A stretch of 64,000 nt of DNA, from contig CAMOEC010000043.1 in NCBI GenBank assembly GCA_946611795.1, positions 60 to 64,059 of the forward strand. Direction: 5' to 3'. A program made the position numbers and the translations under genes. The first letter of the stretch is position 1. Every line of letters begins with the position of its first letter. The notes beneath the pieces were generated by a model. The model did no database searches, was not told the origin of the DNA, and worked only from the letters and a program-made list of their open reading frames with translations. This document shows, piece after piece, positions 35,561 through 45,180 of the stretch. Origin of the DNA: an uncultured bacterium. Its GTDB lineage: Bacteria; Patescibacteriota; Gracilibacteria; Absconditabacterales; Absconditicoccaceae.

Positions 35561-36292
35561 TTATAAATCTTCTGAGTTGATTATGTTAATTTTTGCGGAA
35601 TAGTTTTCAGCTATTTTTTCTAACACATTTCATACTTTATATCTTGGATCTTGTTGTGAGGCGTAGTATCGTTTTTGAGGTTCTATAAGATATATTTCTT
35701 TTAAGTTGTTAAAGTCTTGGAAAATTTCTGAGCTTGTTGCATATATTAATGATTCATTTCATGTCTTTATTTTTCGTCGATTTGTGTTTTTAATATTTTG
35801 TGTGTCTAGTGAGTAGAGGAATATTCACTGTTTTTTTTCTTCTCAGACAATATTATTATAGCTTCGTATATCTGGAAATACAATTAATGTTTGGCTTTTT
35901 CAATCTCATTTTATTTGTATTTTACCTATTTTTATATCAAAACTTTTAGCTTTTTTATTTTGTTTTATTTCTTTTGTAAGAAGTTTTTCTATTTCTGAAT
36001 CGATAAAAAATTTCATAACATTTTTGTAGCTTGAATATCGTTCATAAACCATTCGATGTATTAGGTTCATTGTTCCTTTTGATATGAGTGCTTTTTTGAT
36101 TATTGTAAAGTCTTTATCAGAAGAGTAGAGTGTGTTATAAACTTCAGGAAAACTAATATTTTCTCAAAGTACTAAGAAAAAGAATCATTCTTTATTTTGA
36201 ATGATGTCTCCTTCGGTGAACTTTGAATTCTTTTCATTCAATATGAATACTTTGTCGAATCCTGCATACATATTAAATGCATAAAGATACAT
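35561..36292 (-). CDS. PriA-related protein with degenerate helicase motifs (243 aa)
   Basis: KGDGKSQTLIVFPDI resembles the PriA Walker A region (GVTGSGKTE...LVPEI) but is degenerate. IYLIEPQKRYYASQQDPRYKVGNVLEKIA resembles LIIVDEEHDSSYKQ...PRYHARDVA with the DEEH box lost. There is no C-terminal helicase lobe. The assignment rests on motif memory only. Confidence 0.35.
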
Positions 36293-36314
36293 TGTTATAT
36301 ATTTTTCTTATAAA

Positions 36315-38900
36315 TTATTTAAGTAGTGAATTGATGATTTTTGGTTCAACTTCATCGTTGATATATCTTTCTATTGGTCTTGCTCCGAATGCAGGATCAT
36401 AGATTTTATCTATAATTTTTGTTACTTCAGCTTTAGTAAATTTAGGCAATTGTACTTGATTGTTTTCTTTTCGGGCTTCTAAGAATTTCTTAATTTGGTT
36501 GTTAAATATTTCTGTTAAGTTTTCTTTGCTTAATGGTCTGAATACAATTTTGTGATCAATTCTGTTTGATAATTCTGGTGTTATGTGGTTTTTTAATTCT
36601 TCAAGAACTCTTGTTTTGATGTCGTTAAATTGTTTTGAATCAACATCTTCTTTTGTTCATGTATCAAATCAAATTGTTGTTTTCTTTTTACTAAATTCTT
36701 CTGTTCAGATGTTTGATGTCATAACAATTATTGTATTTTTGAAGTCGATTCGTCTTCATTTAGAATCCTTTAATTGTCCTTCATCTAGAATTTGAAGAAG
36801 AATATTTAATACATCTGGAGCAGCTTTTTCTATTTCATCTAAAAGAATAACAGAGTATGGTTTTCTTTTTACAGCTTCTGTTAATCATCCTCATTCATCA
36901 TATCCAACATATCCTGCAGGAGATCAAATTAGTTTTGAAACAGAGAATTTTTCCATGTATTCAGACATGTCAAATCTTATCATTGCTGTTTCATCTCAGA
37001 AATAGTTTTTAGCAATTAGTTTTGCTAAATAAGTTTTTCAAACTCATGATGGTCCTAAGAATAGGAATGATCATATTGGTTTGTCTTTTTTTATTACTGA
37101 TAATCTGCTTCTGATAAGTGTTTTCACTATTGTGTCTACAGCATCGTTTTGTCAGATGATTTCTTTTTTTAATTCGCTATCTAATCTTTTTAGTTTTGTT
37201 ATTTCATCTTCATTAACTATATTTGTTGGAATTCATGTTTTATCTGCTAGTACGTTTCCAATATCTTCTGGTTCGATAACACTTCTAAGGTGTTGTGGAA
37301 TATTCTTATTTGATCTAATTTTTTGTAGTTCTTTTTTTAATGCTTGTTCTTCTTCTTTTAGTTCAGCAGCTGAGAAATAATCTTGATTTTCAATAGCTTT
37401 TTCTATCTCTTTATTAATTTCTTCAATTCTTGCCTCTTGTTTTTTATATGTGTCATCATTGTCTAGTTTGTGTTGAACAGTTGATTTTCTTGCGCTTGCT
37501 TCATCAAGAATATCTAGAGCTTTATCAGGTAGTTGTTTGTTAAGAATATATCTTTTTGATAGGGTAATAGCTTTATCTATAGCTTCATCAGAAATAACAA
37601 CTCAGTGATAATCTTCGTAAGTTGCTTTTAATCACATAATAATTTTTTTTGTCATTTCTACTGTTGGTTCGTTTACAACAACTTCTTGAAATCTTCTTTT
37701 TAGGGCTGCATCCTTTTCGATGTATTTTTGATATTCATCAAAAGTTGTAGCTCATATTAATTTAATCTTTCATCTTGAAAGCAGTGGTTTTAGCATTTGA
37801 GCTGCATCGTTTTGGTCTTGTCATCAAGCTCATATTATTGTATGTAGCTCGTCGATAAAGAGGATAATGTTATTTGTTGGGTCCATTGCTTCTTCAAGAA
37901 TTGATTTCATTCTTGATTCAAATTCACCTCTATATTTAGTTCAAGCTACTAGTGTTCCCATATCTAGTAAAAATACTTTTTTGTTTTGTAGTTTTTCTGG
38001 TACTTCTTTTGCATTAATTCTTTGTACTAATCATTCTACTATTGCAGTTTTTCAAACTCAAGCTTCTCATATGAGTAGAGGATTGTTTTTTGTTTTTCTG
38101 AGTAATGTATATATCACTTGGTCGATTTCTTTTTCTCTTCAAATAACTGGATCAAGGTATCCATCACGTGCTTCTTTTGTTAAATCTGTTCAGAAGTATT
38201 CTATTGTTAGTTTCTTTTCGTCTTTTTTCTTTGGTTTACTAGAATCTGTTTCTAAAGAAATATTATCGTTATCTTCTTTTTCAACGATTTCGCTTTCTAA
38301 GTTATCAAGTAAGTTGTTTATTGATCAATTTTTGTTTGTAATGTGCATCTTTTTTATATCTCTATAATCTAAATTGAGTTCGTTGATAAGAGTATCTATA
38401 ATTTCTAAAAATGCAAGGAAACCAACCTCTTTAAGCATTGGTGAATTTGACAATTCGTGAATTGAGTCTCTGACTGATTTACAATTTATATTATCGAGTT
38501 TAAATAGTTGTTTTAATTCTTTTGACATATCACTGAATCATGCTTCTAGAATTTTAATAATATCTCGTTTTTCTCCTTTTTTAATGTCGTATTTATTTAG
38601 TACTTTTTCAAATTTTTCGTCGAACTGTATTTTTCATTTTCAGATTCCTAGTTGGTCATAATCTATTTCTATGACTTGTTGATTGATATAATTAATGTAG
38701 CTAGATATTTTGCTTCTATTGTTGATTCATAATACTGCAAAAAAGGCATCTGAATGCTCAAAGCTTTCAGCATTATAGAATGTTGCTAGGATAATATCAT
38801 CTCATTTTACTCCATTTAAATCTTCAAGTACTGAGTATTTCTCAGCATCTCTTAGGATTTTTTGGACGTCTGTTGTACAATTTTTTATCTGTGGTTTCAT
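36315..38900 (-). CDS. clpC: ATP-dependent Clp chaperone ClpC/ClpB-type, two AAA+ modules
   Basis: NBD1 has NNPLLIGEAGVGKTAIVEGL and [15 protein letters not shown] short middle region carries a UVR-like [23 protein letters not shown]2 has [30 protein letters not shown] and GARPIERYI. Track ORF 38325-38528 is an in-frame fragment. 862 codons, TAA at 36315-36317. Confidence 0.9.
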
Positions 38901-38978
38901 CTAATCTGTCTGCTTTTATTCTTTAAATTCTAATTTGTTGCTGTTTTTCAAAATATGATTTTTATCTCTTATTTCAAG

Positions 38979-39365
38979 TTAATATTTAACTCTCATGACT
39001 TCATATTTTACTGGGTAGTGCTGAAGGTAGTCTTTAATCATCATTTCATTTCTGTTTAGAATTGATCATCAACTTTTTACTTCTAAGAATATAATTTCTT
39101 TTAGTTTTCATTTTGATAATCAATTGAATACTACATAGTCTACACCTTTTCATAAAAATACGAGGTCTTTAGTTTGGTATGGAAAATCTGGAAGTAATGG
39201 AAGTACTTTTTCGCTTACCTCTCAGAGTATCGTGTTACGTGATTGATTTACTGATTTCTTTTTTTCGTTTGAAAGTTTATTATTAAAGTGGAGTAGGAGT
39301 AGAAGATATGATAATATGCATCAAATGATGAATCATATACCTAATTGAATGTATTGTGCTTCCAT
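38979..39365 (-). CDS. membrane-anchored endonuclease related to archaeal Holliday junction resolvase (COG4741-like)
   Basis: MEAQYIQLGIGFIIGCILSYLLLLLHF (TM), then ...DLVFLGKGVDYVVFNGLSKGKLKEIIFLEVKSGGSILNRNEMMIKDYL. The D...E.K core layout is typical of this family. 129 codons. Confidence 0.45.
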
Positions 39366-39473
39366 GTTTTGTGTTTATTAAATGAATTGTAATTTATGGT
39401 ATTTTTTGCTTTTAAAAAATCAATATTTTGTCTTTGGGTGACATTTTTTCTAAATAAAATGTTTTACGTATTA

Positions 39474-40106
39474 TTATTGATATTTTATTTGCTTGTCTAT
39501 TAGTTCTTTGATAAAACTGTCGTAGAAAGCTACATTTACTGCTATTGTTTGTTGTATGTTTGTATCATAATTTTCAGAATTTATTTTGGTTGAATATTTT
39601 GAATACAGATATTGTACTGTTGAAACATCGTCATAGTTATAGTTAAGACTTATTTCTTTTGTTATTTCATTTTGTATGAGTGGCGCTTTTTCTAAGGCTT
39701 GTTTTATGCTTTCCGTATATGCCTGTATTAATCATCATACTCATAATAATGTTCATCAAAAATATCTTGTGACAACTGCTAATACGTTAAAAATAGGTTT
39801 TCAAGTTAGGACAGTTAGTATTGGTTTTCATGCTGTGTTACTAGGTTCTCAATCATCATTTGCTCTGTCTTGATGTGATGTTATATTCCAATTCATAAAA
39901 AGATCTTGATTAGCATCAACTCATAATCTTCGGGCATAACAGTTGTGTGTAGCGTCAAAATATTTTTTCTTTATTTTGGTTAATTCTTCATCTATTTCTT
40001 CTTTGGAGTTAACAGGAATTAATGTTGCAATAAATCTTGATCCTTTAATTTTAGGAATTTCATATTGGAAACTGTTTGAAAGGGTAGTGTATGTTAATTT
40101 TTCCAT
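39474..40106 (-). CDS. yigZ: IMPACT/YigZ family protein (UPF0029)
   Basis: IKGSRFIATLIPVNSKEE, ATHNCYA, DDGEPSNTAGKPIL, VVTRYFGGTLLGVGGLIQAY. Extends track ORF 39921-40106 through TGA codons. TAA at 39474-39476 confirmed by frame scan. Confidence 0.85.
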
Positions 40107-40125
40107 TGTGTTTGTTTAGTATTAA

Positions 40126-40728
40126 TTACCATCTTTTTCGTGATGGACATGCTTGTTGGATATTTATATGAGAAAATCATTGATGTTGAAGTGCATCTTT
40201 TATCGTATCTTTCATTAATTTAAGGTCATTTCATTGAACTGATTTTACAAATGAGCATCATGCAGTTTCAACTAGATTGATTGGATGTAGTGGTGGTAGT
40301 GAATTTCATTCTGGTGTTGATTTTGTTTTTACTCCCAGTGGTGTAGTTGCTGATGCTTGTCATGTAGTTAGAGCATAGTTTTCATTATCACACGTTATGT
40401 GTAGTATTTGGATATTTCTTCTGGCTGCATGTATGAGGTGTCCTATTCAGATTCAATAGGTGTCTCAGTCTCATGAAAGAGATATAACTGTTAATTTTGG
40501 ATTTGCTAGTTTAACTCAAATTGCAAATGGAATTCCTCTTCAATGAAGTGTTTCTGCTCAATATCATTCAAGATATTGGCTCATTTTACTATTACATCAA
40601 ATTCCAGTTACAATAACAGTGTCTTTTAGTGGTATTTCTAGTTCAGTTAGTGCTTGTTTGATTGCTATGTGTACTAAGTAGTTTCAACATCAAGGACATC
40701 GTTGAATTTTATTGGTATTATGTCTCAT
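40126..40728 (-). CDS. 2-oxoacid:ferredoxin oxidoreductase, beta (TPP-binding) subunit
   Basis: MRHNTNKIQRCPGCGNYLV..., LSGDGDTYGIGIGHLIHAARRN (GDGD TPP motif), ILHITCDNENYALTTGQ. 201 codons, TAA at 40126-40128. Confidence 0.85.
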
Positions 40729-40743
40729 TGGCTTTTTTTAGAA

Positions 40744-42378
40744 CTAAATTATATCTTCATCAAAGATTGGATAGAGGTTGTATTTCCTTTGATGGTTTAT
40801 TTTAGTATTCCAGTCGTTATATAATTCACATTCTTTTCTTACTAGATCTTCTAATATTCAGCTTTGATTCATTTCTACAAATATTAGTTTTTCTATATTT
40901 TCATTGTTGTTATTTAGGAAATCTTTTAGTCTTTTATCAAATGGATAGAAACATTTTATTATGATAAGTCATAGTTCTTTTTTGTCCCTTATGAAATTTT
41001 CTATTGGATAACGGTTGATTCCCATTGTGATGTAAAATGTTTTTGCACTTGGATTTATTATTTCGTATCAGTAGAAATTGTCATTGAATTCTTTTCCTAT
41101 GAATGTGTTTATTTTCCTTAATCTTTTGTCCATCATCTCTTTTTTCGTATTTGGTTCTTCGTTTGTGAATCAGTATTCATCATGTTCGTATGAAGTTGTG
41201 ATGAATGATGTGTTTTCTGTTCAAGGTATGCTATATGGAGAAATTCAGTTTTCAGTTATTTGATATCTTTTAAAGGTATCTTCTTTTTGATTATTAATGA
41301 GGTCTCATCTTTTTATTTCTTCTGATTTAAGTGTTTTTTGATTAATTGATAAATAGCTTTCAGAAAGTTGTTTATCAACTAGCATTATTACAGGATGCTG
41401 ATATTGATCAGATCGGTTGAGTGCAAGTCCTGTGAAGTTATATGCTTCTTCAAATGTTGATGGGGCAAATACGATTGGTTTTGTATCTCAAAAACTTGCA
41501 TTTAATGCATAGTTTAGATCTCATTGAGCTGTAAATGTTGGTGTCCCTGTACTTGGTCAATCTCTTTGTGAGAGGATGTATACTCCTCATATTTCTGCTT
41601 GATTAGAAAATCAAATTGATTCTGTCATAAGAGCAAATCATCATCAACTTGTTCAACACATAGCTCTTTTTCAAGCAAATTTTGCTCATAGCATTGCCAT
41701 ACTGACTGCTATTTCATCTTCTCATTGATAAAAAGTTACTTTGTCTTCTTTTATTACTTCGTCTATTATTGATGATGCTGGAGTCATTGGATATGCAGCA
41801 TAGAAATCTAGTCATGCTGCAATTCATCATTTTGCAATGAGTTCATTACCGAACATGAAATGTCTTTTTTCTCAGATGGTTTTGTTGAAATGTATAATCT
41901 TACAAGCTTCTCATCAACATTGCATAATATAATCGTATCAATTTTCGAGGTCAGTAAAATTGATATCCATTTTTTCTTTAGTTAGATTTTTCTTTTTGAA
42001 TTGTTCTTCTAGTACTTGTTTTCATTCCTCTAGTGATATTCAAAAAACTCTTATTGCAGCTCAGAATGCAAAAGTATTTTTGTATGTGCATTTTTCATTT
42101 TTAAACATGAATGAGTTTTCTATATCATAGATTTTTTGATTTTTTTCTATTGCGTATTCATCATAAGCAAGGAAGTAATCTATTTTTTTACTAATGAAAA
42201 TCTCATCTTTATCTGATATATATAGAAAAAAACAGTTATTCTCTCATTTAATTACAGATGCGTATTCTTTGTCCCCGTAAACAGTATATCATTTGTTAGC
42301 TAAGACTTCTGCTAGTAAAAGTCATGATGTATTTACTCATGATCATGCTGGTCCTGAAAATCAAATACTTACTTGCAT
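40744..42378 (-). CDS. 2-oxoacid:ferredoxin oxidoreductase, alpha subunit with N-terminal gamma-like domain
   Basis: The N-terminus ISGPAGSGVNTSGLLLAEVLA is gamma-domain-like. It is followed by FMFGNELIAKGGIAAGLDFYAAYPMTPASSI and GKRAMCGTSGGGFALMTE. 545 codons, TAG at 40744-40746, 15 nt upstream of the beta subunit gene. Confidence 0.85.
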
Positions 42379-42424
42379 TTTTTAAGTTATGATAAAATAT
42401 TGTTTAAAGTATAGTAAAATGTTT

Positions 42425-42470
42425 TTTAAAAAAAAGAGAAAGGCTAGAGAAATTCTCATAGCCTTATTTT
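42425..42470 (-). terminator. rho-independent terminator directly after the TGA that ends ORF 42472-42789
   Basis: The minus strand reads aaggcta-tgagaatttctc-tagcctt, with extended pairing, followed by tctctttttttt. Confidence 0.7.
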
Positions 42471-42471
42471 C

Positions 42472-42789
42472 TCATTTATTAATGAGATATTTTTCCAAAA
42501 TACTTGTGGTATCGGTATCAAGCGGTTTTACCCAGCACTTGTCAAGTGTATCGTAGAGATAGTGATATCCGAGACCGACCCTAATGATGATTTTCCCATA
42601 GTTCTTAGGATCTTCGGCAATGGCTTTAGGGATGTGATTTTGTCTTTGTTGCGGCTTCCAGTTGCCTTTTGTGCTAACATTGTTGATGATGATAATGTTG
42701 ATGTCTTTTTCTTCTGTGTCCAAACTCATTGCTTCTTTTAGTGAATCAACTTCTACAATGTTCTCGTCATAAATTCTTTTTTCTTGCAT
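42472..42789 (-). CDS. island ORF C, hypothetical 105 aa, ends at TGA (under strict code 25 it would extend to TAA at 42382-42384)
   Basis: Complete standard-code ORF in the track, MQEKRIYDENIVEVDSLKEAM...ILEKYLINK. There is no internal TGA and all 4 Gly are GGN. The terminal TGA is followed immediately by a strong terminator hairpin. Confidence 0.6.
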   Translation of the reverse strand: MQEKRIYDENIVEVDSLKEAMSLDTEEKDINIIIINNVSTKGNWKPQQRQNHIPKAIAEDPKNYGKIIIRVGLGYHYLYDTLDKCWVKPLDTDTTSILEKYLINK

Positions 42790-42856
42790 AGTATTTTGTT
42801 TTTTGTTTCGGTATTAGCTACCGTAGCTATCATTATGTTGTATGAATGACATCTAT

Positions 42857-42885
42857 CTTATATTCAAACTTATTCTTAAATTCAA
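42857..42885 (-). promoter_or_regulatory. candidate promoter for island ORF C
   Basis: Minus strand TTGAAT, 17-nt spacer, TATAAG. A perfect palindrome agctac-c-gtagct (about 42816-42828) lies in the leader downstream of it. Confidence 0.3.
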
Positions 42886-42900
42886 GTTAAGGTTTTGTAA

Positions 42901-42938
42901 TTTTTAAAAAAGCTGAGATTGGAAATCCTATCTCAGCT
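42901..42938 (-). terminator. rho-independent terminator after island ORF B
   Basis: The minus strand reads agctgagat-aggatttcca-atctcagct followed by tttttt. Confidence 0.75.
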
Positions 42939-42950
42939 TGATCTGGGGTA

Positions 42951-43250
42951 TTACTTGAAAGCTTCTTTCAGAAGTTCATTAATGCTCCTTTTCTTCCTTG
43001 GAATGTCCAATTTTATGGCCTTACCATTTTTTTGTACCTTGATGGTCAGCCAGGTCGGAGTTGTTTCGAGAAGGATGACATCTTGAGTCCCTTCTGGTTG
43101 GCAGACTTTCCATTGGATTGAGTCTGTTCTTTCACGGGTCGCCGGAACTGGAGCAGTTTCTTCTGTGATTCTTAATTTGTAATACTCGCTTTTTGAATGA
43201 TTTGGGTAGCTATAATTTATAGCTTCTTCCCAATTTTTTAATTCTTTCAT
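42951..43250 (-). CDS. island ORF B, hypothetical 99 aa
   Basis: Complete standard-code ORF, MKELKNWEEAINYSYPNHSKSEYYKLRITEETAPVPATRERTDSIQWKV... TAA stop, no internal TGA, both Gly are GGN, codon endings richer in G/C than neighbouring genes. Confidence 0.6.
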   Translation of the reverse strand: MKELKNWEEAINYSYPNHSKSEYYKLRITEETAPVPATRERTDSIQWKVCQPEGTQDVILLETTPTWLTIKVQKNGKAIKLDIPRKKRSINELLKEAFK

Positions 43251-43287
43251 GTGTTGTATTTGTTTTTTTGTTTATTTATACATGTCT

Positions 43288-43315
43288 AATATATCTAAAT
43301 AACTATTAATGTCAA
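43288..43315 (-). promoter_or_regulatory. candidate promoter for island ORF B
   Basis: Minus strand TTGACA, 16-nt spacer, TATATT, about 35 nt upstream of the ATG at 43250. Confidence 0.35.
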
Positions 43316-43390
43316 TATTATTTTATAGTATAAATTTTTGTTTTGTGTATTGATTGTTTTTTGTCTAAATATTTTTTAAATTATAGTTTA

Positions 43391-43414
43391 AGCCCAGATG
43401 AATGCATCTGGGCT
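43391..43414 (-). terminator. GC-rich hairpin after island ORF A
   Basis: A 10-bp stem, agcccagatg / catctgggct, with a 4-nt loop lies 15 nt downstream of the TAA at 43429-43431. The trailing sequence is A/T-rich but is not a clean T-run. Confidence 0.5.
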
Positions 43415-43428
43415 CTGTCTTTCTGTTT

Positions 43429-43839
43429 TTAAGCAGCGATTTGTCGGATAATCATCTTCGAAAATTCTGAGAACTTGCGGTGAAACGTGTTGTCAATTGG
43501 AATGCTAAGTGTGCATTCTTTCTCAAAGTCGAATACTTTGATTTTGTTGTTTCGGAGTTTGATAACAATCGCATGTTCTTCTTTTGCCTCTTGTTTTAGG
43601 TCAAAGGGGAGTGAAGATCCATCACAACCTGGTTTCAAAATACTACCAGCCATCTTTTTGCTGATTTCTGCAAGATTAATCTGGCTCTTGTTTAACAGTT
43701 TCAGTAGCACTTCATTTACTTTGTTGAAGGCGACTTTTAGACCACGAAGGTCTTCCCAATCAATACTTGTCCACTGTGGGTGGCTCTCGGCTGTTGCTTC
43801 GATCGTTTCTTTTGGACGATCATTTGTCTTTTGATCCAT
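43429..43839 (-). CDS. island ORF A, hypothetical 136 aa
   Basis: The track ORF 43429-43890 begins at a GTG inside a hairpin. The first ATG is at 43839 (MDQKTNDRPKETIEATAESHPQWTSIDWEDL...). TAA stop, no internal TGA, 4 Gly all GGN. Many G/C-ending codons are present (gcc gag agc cac cag gac ctg ctc ccc). Confidence 0.6.
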   Translation of the reverse strand: MDQKTNDRPKETIEATAESHPQWTSIDWEDLRGLKVAFNKVNEVLLKLLNKSQINLAEISKKMAGSILKPGCDGSSLPFDLKQEAKEEHAIVIKLRNNKIKVFDFEKECTLSIPIDNTFHRKFSEFSKMIIRQIAA

Positions 43840-43908
43840 CAATTTTATAGCTTTTTTGGTTATCAGTATTGTATTACTGAGCCTTCTCACTATGAGAAGG
43901 CGAGATTT

Positions 43909-43936
43909 TTTATACTAATGTTAATTGCGATTTCAA
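43909..43936 (-). promoter_or_regulatory. candidate promoter for island ORF A
   Basis: Minus strand TTGAAA, 16-nt spacer, TATAAA. The predicted transcript would begin with the 9-bp hairpin gccttctca/tgagaaggc (43881-43901). Confidence 0.3.
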
Positions 43937-44005
43937 ATATAAATTAAAAAATCTGGAAATTCTTTTATATATCATTATTAGTTTATAGTGTTTTTATGAG
44001 TTTAA

Positions 44006-44857
44006 GTGTTATTTATTGTGAGCTATCTCTGAATTGTTATTACATTAATTTTGCTTGTTTGGGTTTGGATTTGGTTCTTTAATCGTGCTTTTTCTCATAT
44101 TGAAAAATCAATTAAGTGGAAGTTTTTATTGTGGTGAGTATTGTTAGTTTTTGTTCTTTTCTTGTACGATTTTTCTTTTGATTATATTTGATTGGATAGA
44201 AGTAATTTTTATATTCGTGATGTTTTTAATATTCAGTCGGTATCACTTTTTATCGCATATTGAATTGCTGTTCTTATCTTAATCACCTTGTTGTTTAAAA
44301 ATATTAAGAATAAAAATCTTATTTTAGAAATTTGAGTTGCTTTATTATCATTAGTTATTCTTTCATTATTCTGATGGGGATTCTGATTTACAGTTCTTAT
44401 TCTTTATTATATTCTTGCAGCTTTTACTGAAGAAATTTTTAAATTTACTGTATCTAATAATCAGGTTGAGAGTTCATGATTACATAAAATTTCTTTTTTG
44501 CTTTTTTTATCTGTTTTGATGTGATTATCTTTTAGTATTGCTGAGAATGTATTTTCTTTTATAATTCAATTTGTTCATTGAGATATTACTGTTTGATTTA
44601 TTTTGGGTAGGTGAGTAATCGCTTCTTTAATTCATTGTGTTTCAACTTGATTAATTGCTTTGATGTTATTAACTATAAAAAAGTGATGATTAATATTTAA
44701 GTATTTTGTGGCTCTTTTATTGTGAGCTTTTGTTCATATTGTGTATAATATTGCTATAGTTAATAATATTACTTGGATTGTTTTTGTATTGGTTATTTTT
44801 TCACTTGTAGCATTAAGTTATCTGTTTTTTAATATGGATGAGATTTATGATAATTAA
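44006..44857 (+). CDS. PrsW-family intramembrane metalloprotease-like membrane protein
   Basis: Polytopic membrane protein with AAFTEEIFKF (EExxK) and later IHCVSTGLIA / FVHIVYNIA His motifs. There is no in-frame ATG near the 5' end. The frame opens after TAA at 44003-44005, so a GTG start at 44006 (or 44018) is inferred. TAA at 44855-44857. Confidence 0.55.
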
Positions 44858-44868
44858 TTTTGTATGTA

Positions 44869-45180
44869 ATGAAGTCTTTTAAGGAGTTGGCACGTAAAAA
44901 TTTTTCTGAGAAATTTCAATGAAATCGTATGCTTTGAACTATAGCTTTAAATGTAGTTAAAGAATTATTTAGTATTGAAACCCCAGATGAGAATATCGTG
45001 AGAGAGACTGATGTAATTTCTTGATTTTTGAAATATAATGTTCTTTTTTTAAGAACTAATGATCAAGCATTGAAAATTGCTATTTTTAGAGATAAAAAGA
45101 AAGTGATTACCGAAATTAATAATCACTTTCATAATTTATGATATGAACAAGAAGTTTCTGAAATTCGTTTTACTTCTTAG
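44869..45180 (+). CDS. DUF721/DciA-like small protein (103 aa)
   Basis: MKSFKELARKNFSEKFQGNRMLGTIALNVVKELFSIETPDENIVRETDVISGFLKYNVLFLRTNDQALKIAIFRDKKKVITEINNHF... The general pattern of DUF721 is present. TAG at 45178-45180 overlaps the stop of the convergent giant ORF. Confidence 0.45.

Noticed and set aside
22306-38367. Plus-strand track ORFs across the giant ORF and clpC (e.g. 22306-22680, 27583-27924, 31417-31752, 37081-37380, 37867-38367), and minus-strand ORFs in other frames (26302-26493, 31241-31423, 33502-33705).
   Set aside because: They overlap strongly supported minus-strand coding frames (the giant ORF, and clpC with canonical AAA+ motifs). They have low-complexity F/S/L/I-rich sequences typical of off-frame translation of AT-rich coding DNA.
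43881-43901. The hairpin gccttctca/tgagaaggc, followed by a T-run on the plus strand, as a plus-strand terminator or the end of an antisense RNA.
   Set aside because: No plus-strand gene ends here. With the candidate minus-strand promoter at 43909-43936, the hairpin is better explained as a 5'-terminal stem-loop of the island ORF A mRNA. This remains unresolved without transcript data.
42425-43940. The island as a prophage remnant, insertion sequence or integrative element.
   Set aside because: The window contains no integrase, transposase, terminal inverted repeats, flanking direct repeats or tRNA attachment site. Only the compositional and code anomaly is supported.
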